IMG/VR virus record: IMGVR_UViG_3300022839_000006
Coordinates: 29,896 to 93,895 of that record
Direction: 5' to 3' (one strand)
Length of the DNA: 64,000 nt
Source: a virus
Part shown: in pieces, positions 9,781 through 18,691 of the stretch
How positions within the stretch are numbered: position 1 is the first letter of the stretch
How the letters are laid out: every line of letters starts with the position of its first letter
The notes under the pieces: model-generated
Told to the model about the DNA's origin: nothing
Seen by the model: the letters and a program-made list of their open reading frames with translations, nothing else
Databases searched by the model: none
Made by a program: the position numbers and the translations under genes

Positions 9781-9972
9781 ATGAACGGTTACAAAGCTTT
9801 CTGGAAAGACAAAGAATGTGAAGTTTATGCAGACACTTCATATGCTGCACAAACCCAGGCAGTGGTTCAATTCCAGAAAATGGCTGGGCGCAAGAAAGTC
9901 AAATCATACGACGTCACAGTTGTGATCTGCGAGAAGAACGACTCACTAATCACGCATACTTTTTCGGAATGA
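9781..9972 (+). CDS. small hypothetical protein
   Basis: 63-aa ORF with GAGGAC upstream. Confidence 0.4.
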   Translation: MNGYKAFWKDKECEVYADTSYAAQTQAVVQFQKMAGRKKVKSYDVTVVICEKNDSLITHTFSE

Positions 9973-10136
9973 TGGCTGACACTGAAGTGTCCAAGTTAAT
10001 GTGCTGACAGATCAAGGAGAAATGAGATGATTATCTGGAAAGATGTTCCAATTGAAATTGTCGAAAAGGGCACGTTGACACCTGACCATCCATCTGCTAT
10101 AACTGATGTATAGAGCAAGTCAAAAAGGACAATGAC

Positions 10137-10424
10137 ATGGGTCGTGGAAAATATAGTGTTTCAGGTTACAAAAAATGGCCAGAAGGTTACGAGTTCAGTT
10201 ACAATCGTTACGGACAAGAATGTGCTCCTTGGACCGCTGAAATGATTAAGGACCCAGACCAAACCTATGACTCCAAGACAATGTTTGGCAATTATGATGA
10301 AGATGGATATGATAGCTATGGTTATTCATGTTTCGATGAAAATGGAACTGATGTTGGCTGTGGAAATGGGATCGACCGAGAAGGCTACACAGAACACGAT
10401 TACCTGTCAGAACAAGACTGCTGA
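10137..10424 (+). CDS. hypothetical acidic Tyr/Gly-rich protein
   Basis: 95-aa ORF, RBS AAAAGGACAATGACATG. Confidence 0.45.
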   Translation: MGRGKYSVSGYKKWPEGYEFSYNRYGQECAPWTAEMIKDPDQTYDSKTMFGNYDEDGYDSYGYSCFDENGTDVGCGNGIDREGYTEHDYLSEQDC

Positions 10425-10495
10425 CACGGCCTAACGACTTCACTATAGTCTTCCTATATGTAATTCACTCCCTCTGCACGAAAGGCACCGTCCAC

Positions 10496-10843
10496 ATGAG
10501 TAATGACACAACACGTGATAAGATTGCATTGATTCACGCACACGAGCGCCGCTCTGAATGGCCTGACGCACAAGACTTTTATGCAGCAGATGCTATCATC
10601 GCGGCTTTGTCAAGTGTGATTAAGCCACTGGCATGGGAGAAATCCGAATGTTATAAAGCCTTCGTTTCAGGTGATATGGTTGTACAGCATGAACACGACG
10701 AAAAAGGCAAAGGGACATGGACATTCGGACTCATGGACAATCAACTAATATCCGAGCACCCAACATCAGACGAAGCCAAAGCCGCAGCCAACAACCACTA
10801 TTGCGCTGCATGTCTGTTGCCGTTTGGTATAGTGTTGTCATGA
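10496..10843 (+). CDS. hypothetical protein
   Basis: 115-aa ORF. Confidence 0.45.
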   Translation: MSNDTTRDKIALIHAHERRSEWPDAQDFYAADAIIAALSSVIKPLAWEKSECYKAFVSGDMVVQHEHDEKGKGTWTFGLMDNQLISEHPTSDEAKAAANNHYCAACLLPFGIVLS

Positions 10844-11795
10844 CCGAGTGCCGAGCGTGATGTGTTCTGCTATTACATTGTGACTCTATCAGTCAAAGAC
10901 AGTAGAGGATCGTAATAATTATGCATGTCCATACAACTCAAAAGGATAATCTAATGAACATTGATTACAGCAAACTTCCCTTTCACATGCAAGACGGAAC
11001 AGGCGTTACATCGAGAATGGTATCCCACCAGGAGGATTCCTGTCAGCAGTAATTTGCAACGACTTGAGCGGGTGCATACGGTAAAGCAGACCACCACAAT
11101 CGCAGTGTAATTGAAGACTGGATTAGGTTCTTCCACAATGATGCTCCAGCAGATTGTTCGGGAAGCGTAGTCGCATTTAACGATTGGTGCAGGTCAGGCG
11201 GAACGATGAAAGGTGTTATGACATGAAAGTTTACATTTACTTAAATAACTGGCACATTGATTAGGAGACGTTTGGGACTGATATCGTCTGGGTGTCAGAT
11301 CAACTACATCCACCATATTCCAGATCTGAAATTAATGCATGACCAAGTGGAGTTTTGGGAAGATGGGACCAAACAATGGTCCAAGGAACATGACGGAAAA
11401 ATGTCACTAAATTGGATCTGATAAATAGAAGACAACCCAATGTCTAAACTTGCATTCATGGATGCAGAAACAAAAGAATACTTTGTCAACGAGAAATTTG
11501 ACAAGTTTAATTTCTCGTTGGACATCAACAGGGCAAAACTTTACTTTAGAACTCCTGGGGTTTTGAGTGGGTCAAACTCAAAACAAAAAGACAGTTGACA
11601 TTGGTTGAAGTTAAAATTGATAATAGAGGCACATCACTATTTCTCGATGAATTACATGATGGTCGACTCAAAGAGTTCCAGCGTCTAGATCTATTGGCAA
11701 CAAAGAACTTGGAAGAAATGGAGACATCGTCATATTATCGGTGGCGAACACCAAGGAAAGAACTTACAACTTAATTAACCAAAGGAGTTTTGGTA

Positions 11796-12809
11796 ATGAC
11801 TAAAGAATTTGATACACTTGTAACGGTAATGAGGATGCAACCATTCCACCTTGGTCACCAAGCAGTGATCGGCGCCGCATTGAAAAATGCACACGAAGTA
11901 ATAGTGGTAATTGGATCTAGCTTCCAACCACGAACCACAAAAAACCCATTTACATTTGAAGAACGCAAAGCCATGGTGCTTGCATGTTATCCTGATCTAC
12001 CAGTCCGAGTGGTTGGGGTTCGGGACTATCCTTATGACGACAATGCTTGGGTGTCTGCTGTTCAACATGTAGTGGATTCGGTTAAGACTGGTACTCGAAC
12101 AGGGTTGATTGGGCACTCCAAAGATTCAAGTTCATACTACTTGAAAATCTTTCCGAATTGGCGGAAACATGTGGAAGTTGAGAATTATCAGGGCATTAAC
12201 GCAACTGATATCCGATCGGATTTATTCTCCAATGGAGTATATTTTACGAGTGGTGTTTTGATGCCGCGATCGGCGCTGGCCTCCATGTCGATGGCATTGT
12301 TGGAAGGAACGTGGTGGCCTGATCTCAAAGAAGAACATACGCAGATTAAAGCATACCACGAGAAATGGGAATCAGCACCATATGCACCAACCTTTGTGAC
12401 AACGGATGCAGTGATTGTGCAATCTGCTCATGTGTTGCTAATCAAACGTGGCAACTTCCCGTTCAAAGATTGTTGGGCATTGCCAGGTGGGTACCTCGAA
12501 AAAGACAAGACAATTGAGGAAAACGTGATCAAAGAGCTCAGAGAAGAAACGTGCATCAAACTTCCTGCTAAGGTTCTTAAAGGTTCCATCAAGTCAACTC
12601 AAGTGTTTGATCACCCTGACCGTGATCCCAGAGGTCGTACCGTTACACACGCCTTTTATATTGATCTTGGATTTCCAGATGAGAAACTGCCCCGAGTAAA
12701 AGGTGCGGATGATGCAGTCCACGCAGAATGGGTTCCTCTCAGTCAAGTGTCAAGTGACATCATGGCGTTTGACCACTACTCTGTTATTTCACACTTTGTA
12801 AAAATTTAA
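11796..12809 (+). CDS. nadM: bifunctional NMN adenylyltransferase / Nudix hydrolase (NadM-Nudix)
   Basis: N-terminal nucleotidyltransferase (H/T)xGH motif MQPFHLGHQAV; C-terminal Nudix box GGYLEKDKTIEENVIKELREETCI; AAAGGAG RBS. Confidence 0.8.
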   Translation: MTKEFDTLVTVMRMQPFHLGHQAVIGAALKNAHEVIVVIGSSFQPRTTKNPFTFEERKAMVLACYPDLPVRVVGVRDYPYDDNAWVSAVQHVVDSVKTGTRTGLIGHSKDSSSYYLKIFPNWRKHVEVENYQGINATDIRSDLFSNGVYFTSGVLMPRSALASMSMALLEGTWWPDLKEEHTQIKAYHEKWESAPYAPTFVTTDAVIVQSAHVLLIKRGNFPFKDCWALPGGYLEKDKTIEENVIKELREETCIKLPAKVLKGSIKSTQVFDHPDRDPRGRTVTHAFYIDLGFPDEKLPRVKGADDAVHAEWVPLSQVSSDIMAFDHYSVISHFVKI

Positions 12810-13210
12810 ACAAGTCACACAACGGAGAAAAATTATGGAAAATCTGATCGAGGCATATTGAGCGAGAAAACAAAAGGAAACAATAAATGACAGCTCAGCA
12901 GAAATGAAATCAATTGACGACAATCTTTATTCTGGCCATGGAAGATACCGTGGTGTGTATATTGAATTATATGAGGGATAAAATGAAACGAACAGTTAGA
13001 ATTGCATTGAGAATTATTGGTTAACTATTACATGGAATGGGCATGTGACGCGGGACTGGCCGGTGGGGAACAATATACTCGATATTGCCAAGACATTACT
13101 GTTCTATATTTCCAGAAGATGTACTTTATGAAGATGTAACAAAAGAATACAGTTGACAACCAACACACTATAATATAAATAACAATATCATTAACTAGAG
13201 GAGTTCTATA

Positions 13211-14710
13211 ATGAAAAATATTCTAAGCCTGCTTACTTCCATCATGCGTACCGATGGATACAAGACTTCACAATTCTTACAATACCCAGCTGACACGCAA
13301 TACATCAGCTCATATATTGAATCGCGCGGCGGCGCTGACACCAGTGTATTCTTTGGTCTACAAGCATTCATCAAAGACTATATGCAAACCCCCATTACTC
13401 AATCCGATATCAACTTTGCAGAAGCAGTTTTTACAAAGTACGGTACTCCCTTCAACCGAGAAGGTTGGGAGATCATCGTCAACGAGTTTGATGGGTATCT
13501 GCCACTGGAGATTGAAGCGGTTCCAGAAGGTACTGTTATGACAACCAGAAACATCCAAGTTCAAGTTGTAAACACTGATCCCAGAATGGGATGGTTGACA
13601 TCATACGTTGAAACTGCTCTGCTACGTGGGGTATGGTATCCTTCAACAGTGGCAACCAAATCTCGCGAGATGAAGGTGATGATTGCACAGGCACTGTTCA
13701 AAACCAGTGACATCCCACTTGATATTCTAATGGGGCCTGTGTTGAATTTCACTCTCAATGACTTTGGTGCTCGTGGTGCGTCATCCACAGAGACTGCCGT
13801 TCTTGGTGGGATGAGTCACCTTGTAAATTTCTGGGGCAGTGACACAATTGAGGGCATGATTGGCACACATGTTTACTATTCTGCTGATATTACAGACGTG
13901 TCTACACCTGTTGTTGCAGGGTCAATCGCGGCAAGTGAGCATAGTAGTATTACCAGCTGGGGCAAGGAAAACGAAGGTAAAGCATATGCCAATATGATTG
14001 ACCAGTTCTCTGCGCCTGGTAAAATTTACGCCTGTGTCAGCGATTCATACGACATCTACAATGCAACCAAAAACATTTGGGGATATGAACTCAAGGTTCA
14101 AGTAATTGAATCGGGAGGCACTCTGGTTGTACGTCCAGACTCAGGTGATCCCGTTACTGTGCCAATCGAAATCCTTGACATTCTGGCAGAGCAGTTTGGA
14201 TACACTGTAAACAGCAAGGGATTCAAGGTTCTTGCGCAGCGTGAAGATGGGTCCGCCATTGTGAAAGTCATCCAAGGTGATGGTCTTGATGTGGTCACCA
14301 TGAAACAATTACTGGACAATGTGATTGAGGCTGGATACAGTGTGGAAAACATTGCGCTGGGCATGGGCGGCGGACTCTTGCAAAAAGTAGACCGTGACAC
14401 TCTGAAATATGCCATGAAGGCTTCTGCCAGATGCGATTCAGATGGAGTATGGCATGATGTGTTCAAAGATCCTATTGCAGATCCTGGCAAGACTTCCAAG
14501 AAAGGTCGGCTGGGACTGATCTACGAATGTGGAGTTGGTTCATGTGGTTACCGGACACTGCCCAAGGAATTTGCAGATGAAAAAGGCAATATCCTGCGTA
14601 CAGTGTACCGGAATGGCGTGCAATTAATTGACGATGATTTTGAAACTGTTCGAACACGGGCAGGTCTGAAAGAATCAGAATACAATCCACAACCAATTGA
14701 ACGATTCTAA
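13211..14710 (+). CDS. nadV: nicotinamide phosphoribosyltransferase (NAMPT/NadV)
   Basis: 499 aa; MRTDGYKTSQF N-terminus and FGARGASSTETAVLGGMSHLVNF core typical of the NAMPT family; RBS AGAGGAG. Confidence 0.85.
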   Translation: MKNILSLLTSIMRTDGYKTSQFLQYPADTQYISSYIESRGGADTSVFFGLQAFIKDYMQTPITQSDINFAEAVFTKYGTPFNREGWEIIVNEFDGYLPLEIEAVPEGTVMTTRNIQVQVVNTDPRMGWLTSYVETALLRGVWYPSTVATKSREMKVMIAQALFKTSDIPLDILMGPVLNFTLNDFGARGASSTETAVLGGMSHLVNFWGSDTIEGMIGTHVYYSADITDVSTPVVAGSIAASEHSSITSWGKENEGKAYANMIDQFSAPGKIYACVSDSYDIYNATKNIWGYELKVQVIESGGTLVVRPDSGDPVTVPIEILDILAEQFGYTVNSKGFKVLAQREDGSAIVKVIQGDGLDVVTMKQLLDNVIEAGYSVENIALGMGGGLLQKVDRDTLKYAMKASARCDSDGVWHDVFKDPIADPGKTSKKGRLGLIYECGVGSCGYRTLPKEFADEKGNILRTVYRNGVQLIDDDFETVRTRAGLKESEYNPQPIERF

Positions 14711-14826
14711 ACAAAACCTAATAGTCCAAGTGGGTGTCTACTTGGACTATTTTCGTGACAATAACAGTTGACATCATGCTTTGTAGACTGTAAAATTATA
14801 TTAACAGCAACAAAGGAATGTGTAAC

Positions 14827-14970
14827 ATGAAGATCTTAGCAACAAACAAAGATTTCAGAGTTGAGTTTAACCAGTCCTCAACATATTTCGTTATAGACAA
14901 CAACGGAGATTGCTGGAAAACCTACAAGAGTGAAAAAGCCGCAATCAAATATATGGACAGCGTCGCATAA
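14827..14970 (+). CDS. small hypothetical protein (47 aa)
   Basis: TTGACA-N17-TAAAAT promoter upstream, RBS AAAGGAA. Confidence 0.3.
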   Translation: MKILATNKDFRVEFNQSSTYFVIDNNGDCWKTYKSEKAAIKYMDSVA

Positions 14971-15298
14971 CAGTTTTCATGTGGCACCAAAGGAAATTAC
15001 ACCACGATCTATTATTTTCGTTGATAATGAAATGAATGAATATGATCAAGGTCGAAAAGACGTTCTTCTGGAACTGCTGACAAAGTTCAAGCCCTCACGA
15101 ACTTTACGGACATGCGTAATTACCCAGTGTGATTGTTGTGGGCGACAGCTTCACCCATTGAACACTTCAGGATATGGCACGTGTGATGCTTGTAAAATTT
15201 CACACAACTATGGTCAGGATTCGTTTGACATTCGATTGGCATATATGCTAATAAAGCGCGCAAACAGTATAACCAATTTGGAAACTGATAATAGATAA
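14930..15298 (+). CDS. hypothetical Cys-containing protein
   Basis: 122-aa ORF with GTG start overlapping the preceding small ORF; the true start may be the internal ATG. Confidence 0.4.
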   Translation: MKKPQSNIWTASHNSFHVAPKEITPRSIIFVDNEMNEYDQGRKDVLLELLTKFKPSRTLRTCVITQCDCCGRQLHPLNTSGYGTCDACKISHNYGQDSFDIRLAYMLIKRANSITNLETDNR

Positions 15299-15309
15299 AG
15301 GTGACTGAC

Positions 15310-15504
15310 ATGACGAAAAAACTGCACCCACACTCGGAACTAGAATATGTCAAGTGGCAGGCTGAAGTATTCAAACAGAATGACCGAAATAACAAGGAGA
15401 AGATAAAGAATGAAATGGAAGACCAAATCCAAAATCAAAGCTGGCTCACGAGACAACATGCATCCCTGGTTCGTTCGTGTAAAAAGCTATACTATATCTT
15501 TTAA
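15310..15504 (+). CDS. small hypothetical protein
   Basis: RBS AAAGGTGA before MTKKLHPH. Confidence 0.4.
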   Translation: MTKKLHPHSELEYVKWQAEVFKQNDRNNKEKIKNEMEDQIQNQSWLTRQHASLVRSCKKLYYIF

Positions 15505-15599
15505 GTAATTGCTTTGATGATGTACTGTGATAACTCGTTATGTCCACACTAAGCGCTTAGTGACGCTAAAGGACTGACTCAGTACATCTTCTAAGCATT

Positions 15600-15683
15600 G
15601 CCCAAGTACTCAAGTAGCTGATGTGGTCTTAGCGCCGAGTTGAAGCCTCGGAGATGTCTGTTCGATTCGGACCTTGGGCCCCA
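15600..15683 (+). tRNA. tRNA-like element (possible tRNA-Phe GAA) with an atypically long D-region
   Basis: 7-bp acceptor stem GCCCAAG/CTTGGGC then discriminator and CCA. T-arm is GTCTG-TTCGATT-CGGAC. Anticodon arm CCGAG-TTGAAGC-CTCGG has U33 and a purine at 37. The segment between acceptor and anticodon stem is ~9 nt longer than a canonical D-arm. Confidence 0.4.
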
Positions 15684-15726
15684 TATTACAACTGTCCTAT
15701 AACTTATGTACTAAAGGAGAAATAAG

Positions 15727-16173
15727 ATGATTGAGTATACAGTTAAAGTTAATGACACCGGAACTAAGTCTTGGTATCTCAACGGTAAGCTACACCGAGA
15801 AGACGGTCCTGCTGTTGAGTTGGTCAACGGTAATAAGTTCTGGTACCTTAACGATAAGCAACACCGAGAAGATGGTCCTGCTATTGAGTATGGCAATGGT
15901 GATAAGTGGTGGTACCTTAACGATGAGCAACACCGAGAAGATGGACCTGCTGTTGAGTACATCAATGGTTATAAGTCTTGGTACCTTAACGGTAGGCGAC
16001 ACCGAGAAGATGGTCCTGCTATTCAGTATAGCAATGGTAATAAGTCTTGGTACCTTAACGGTAGGGGCCTAACGGAGGCAGAACATAAAGCTGCTACTTC
16101 ACCTAAGGATACTTGTAATGGTAAAGAAGTAGTAATTGATGGTATTACTTATGTATTAAAGGAGAGTAAATAA
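15727..16173 (+). CDS. MORN-like tandem-repeat protein (4 copies of W-Y-L-N-G-x-x-H-R-E-D-G-P-A repeat), paralog 1
   Basis: AAAGGAGA RBS; internal ~72-nt periodicity; C-terminal LTEAEHKAATSPK...GKEVVIDGITY. Confidence 0.6.
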   Translation: MIEYTVKVNDTGTKSWYLNGKLHREDGPAVELVNGNKFWYLNDKQHREDGPAIEYGNGDKWWYLNDEQHREDGPAVEYINGYKSWYLNGRRHREDGPAIQYSNGNKSWYLNGRGLTEAEHKAATSPKDTCNGKEVVIDGITYVLKESK

Positions 16174-16174
16174 G

Positions 16175-16555
16175 ATGATTGAACATACAGTTAAAGTTTA
16201 TGACAATGGCACTAAGCAGTGTTACCTTAACGGTAAGCTACACCGAGAAGATGGCCCTGCTATTGAGTGGGCCAATGGTTCTAAGTGGTGGTACCTTAAC
16301 GATGAGCAACACCGAGAAGATGGACCTGCTGTTGAGTACATCAATGGTTATAAGTCTTGGTATCTCAACGGTAAGCTACACCGAGAAGGGGGACCAGCTA
16401 TTGAGCATAGCAATGGCGATAAGTATTGGTATCTTAACGGTAAGCTACTAACGGAGGCAGAACATAAAGCTGCTACTTCACCCAAGAAGAAGCCTAGTTG
16501 TAGTGGTAAAGAAGTAGTAATTGATGGTATTACTTACACCCTAAAGGAGAAGTAA
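16175..16555 (+). CDS. MORN-like tandem-repeat protein, paralog 2 (recent tandem duplicate)
   Basis: Nearly identical N-terminus MIEHTVKV, same repeat and C-terminal module, same RBS. Confidence 0.6.
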   Translation: MIEHTVKVYDNGTKQCYLNGKLHREDGPAIEWANGSKWWYLNDEQHREDGPAVEYINGYKSWYLNGKLHREGGPAIEHSNGDKYWYLNGKLLTEAEHKAATSPKKKPSCSGKEVVIDGITYTLKEK

Positions 16556-16556
16556 G

Positions 16557-16613
16557 ATGATTGAGTATACAGTTGAAGTTAGTGGCAGCGGTGCCATTGG
16601 AAGTTATAATTGA
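16557..16613 (+). pseudogene. truncated third copy of the MORN-like repeat gene (18 codons, MIEYTVEV...)
   Basis: Same AGGAGAAGTAAG RBS and start as paralog 1, then an early stop. Confidence 0.4.
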
Positions 16614-17006
16614 TACCATGAAACAGGCGCATTTGACGTAGAGGGCACAAATTAATTCGTTTCGCATGCCGATTATGCTTGTGGTCTGTGTCGCGTCACG
16701 CTATAAGTAATGCATAGCAAAGAAGCACACACCGGAGAATGACAATGACAAACCCAGCACACACAAAAGAGCAGATCGCAGCAGCAGCCGATTGTGAAAA
16801 AACATTCTTGCGCTTGATGAAAAAAGCAGGAAAGCCGGTGCGCAAATGAGCGCCGCACAGGACTACATCAACGATGCCCAAAACCGAATGGAAAGGTTGC
16901 ATCGTATCTCGGAAATGTACGCAGGCACGGAACGAGCGTTTGCGGCCATCCGATGTATTGAAAAGCGAAAAGCGCGAATGGAACCCACTACCACAGGAGA
17001 CAGAAA

Positions 17007-17564
17007 ATGAGTGACATCCCAAACAGCCGCCGCAGTCCGATGGAGCACGAACGGGACATGCCGGACGCGCCGACGAACCGCATTGGGCTGCATGCGGACA
17101 TAATTAACATCCCGATTAAAGAGATCAACGGCCCGTTTTACGGACAGTGCGAGTTGGCATACAAGAATGGCCACCGCGATGCGCGACACGCGGCGGCTGA
17201 ATTGGCGCTATCGTTTGAACGCGAAGCCACCGCCGCGCAGGCCGAGATTGCTAGGCTGCGGGAAACTAACCGCTCACTTAACCGCAGAACGCAACAAGCC
17301 GAGAGTGTCGCATACAACAACGCGGGTCGATGGAAGCGAAAGCTAGAACGAGTGAAGGCATTTGCTGATCATATGCTTACCACCAACATGCGAGTCAATA
17401 AGCGGGAACGCGAGGCAAAGGCTGAGGTTGCCGCACTGCGCAAGCGAGTGCAGGCGGCGGATGCAATGGCGGATTCGTGCGAAACATACTTCGAAAGCGC
17501 ATGTGACATGACCTTTGTACTTGAAAAGCTAAAAGCCTACTGCGACACGGACGCCAAGCCATGA
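17007..17564 (+). CDS. coiled-coil hypothetical protein encoded in the GC-rich island
   Basis: 185 aa; strong G/C third-position bias consistent with coding in this frame; ATGA overlaps on both ends. Confidence 0.55.
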   Translation: MSDIPNSRRSPMEHERDMPDAPTNRIGLHADIINIPIKEINGPFYGQCELAYKNGHRDARHAAAELALSFEREATAAQAEIARLRETNRSLNRRTQQAESVAYNNAGRWKRKLERVKAFADHMLTTNMRVNKREREAKAEVAALRKRVQAADAMADSCETYFESACDMTFVLEKLKAYCDTDAKP

Positions 17565-17712
17565 CCGCAGCAGAGCGCAACCGCCGCAAGCGCCGCAGGG
17601 TTTAAAGCGCTACCTGCGGGGTGGATGCCAGTGGTGTACGCTGCAAAGGTCGAGGCATACGCCACTGGGGCGACCGAAGGCAAAATCGAACAATTCATAA
17701 GGGAAAAAAGAC

Positions 17713-17961
17713 ATGGCCAAATATTTAACCGACGAACAACTTTCCGAAATGGTGCGCCCAGCGACTGAGGCCGTTCCGACAGGTTCGCGATGGCGGCACA
17801 GCAAAAGCGGCGGTGTCTACATCGCGATGCAAGTTGCTCTGTCTGAGGGCGGGCATGAACCTGTTGTTATTTACCGTGAGGATCGCAAGGACGCACCTAT
17901 TTGGGTGCGCGTGGCACGTGACTTCTTGGACGGGCGTTTTATTCGCGCTGACCTTACTTAA
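17713..17961 (+). CDS. DUF1653-family protein
   Basis: RWRHSKSGGVYIAM...HEPVVIYRED...PIWVRVARDFLD matches the YRHYKGG...VVY...WVRP DUF1653 pattern; RBS AAGGGAAAAAAGACATG. Confidence 0.6.
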   Translation: MAKYLTDEQLSEMVRPATEAVPTGSRWRHSKSGGVYIAMQVALSEGGHEPVVIYREDRKDAPIWVRVARDFLDGRFIRADLT

Positions 17962-18025
17962 TAGGAGCAAGCGCAGCCAATGACTTGCCGCTGGGGCGAT
18001 TAATTTAATAATGGAGTATGACAGA

Positions 18026-18187
18026 ATGCAGCACACACTACAGACTGACCTTAACCACGAGATTAACGATCTCATCGAGGAGTGGATTGCCGAAAACCCC
18101 GATGCGACAGTGGCCACAGTTGAAAACGCGATTGTTGACGCCGGTAATGACTATTCTGCCCGTGTGTACCAGAAGTTGACGACGTGA
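18026..18187 (+). CDS. small acidic hypothetical protein (53 aa) in the GC-rich island
   Basis: GGAG RBS; hand-checked ORF. Confidence 0.4.
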   Translation: MQHTLQTDLNHEINDLIEEWIAENPDATVATVENAIVDAGNDYSARVYQKLTT

Positions 18188-18239
18188 ACAGACACCTCTT
18201 CGTGCCGGGTATTACCACAGTCTAATACAAGGAGCAAGT

Positions 18240-18635
18240 GTGAGACTTGCATTTTGTGACGTCGAAACTAATGCTATTGATAACCCAGATAGTATTTGGC
18301 TCGTTGGTGGCAAGATGGCGTGTACTGGTGAGGCATTCAAGTTCGATAATATCCACACTGACTTGGTTGCCCGTAAGGCAGCTACACAGTGGCATCTATC
18401 ACTAGATAAGATGGTTGGTCATAACTTCATTTCGTATGGTCTTCCCCTCTTAAACAAGTGGCTAGACACCAAGCTGGACCCTCAGAAGGTCCTTGATACC
18501 CTTGTCCTATCACGTACCATCAACTTCAACATCGAGACGCCACACCACCAGGCTAAATTCAGGCACACTATTTTAAGGGCTACATTTGCCATGATCCATC
18601 AACAAAATGCTCTTAGATGTGCAAATAACACTTGA
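18240..18635 (+). CDS. DnaQ/DEDD-like 3'-5' exonuclease, short/possibly truncated
   Basis: GTG start after AAGGAG; Exo I-like CDVETNAID and Exo II-like VGHNFISYGLPLL; no clear Exo III. Confidence 0.4.
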   Translation: MRLAFCDVETNAIDNPDSIWLVGGKMACTGEAFKFDNIHTDLVARKAATQWHLSLDKMVGHNFISYGLPLLNKWLDTKLDPQKVLDTLVLSRTINFNIETPHHQAKFRHTILRATFAMIHQQNALRCANNT

Positions 18636-18691
18636 CATGTAGATGCGAATAACATAAAAAGGTGTTATCAACAAAGCATAGGATATGCAAA

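Noticed and set aside
15600-15683. Type-II (long variable arm) tRNA fold for the tRNA-like element
   Set aside because: The extra nucleotides lie between the acceptor and anticodon stems, not in the variable region, which is only 4 nt.
15711-16451. Antisense and alternate-frame ORFs (15711-15965 -, 15731-16072 +, 15790-16002 -, 16179-16451 +)
   Set aside because: Created by the in-frame tandem repeat of the MORN-like genes; no RBS and repetitive translation.
16745-17012. Possible 34- and 54-aa plus-strand ORFs at the left of the island
   Set aside because: Careful re-reading showed an extra G (CACAGGGAC). The frames close after 23-40 codons, so only a 40-aa ORF (16888-17010) remains and it is too weak to call.
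16673-18117. Long minus-strand ORFs inside the GC-rich island
   Set aside because: High GC suppresses stop codons on the antisense strand. The plus-strand frames show the G/C third-position bias, RBSs and ATGA coupling.
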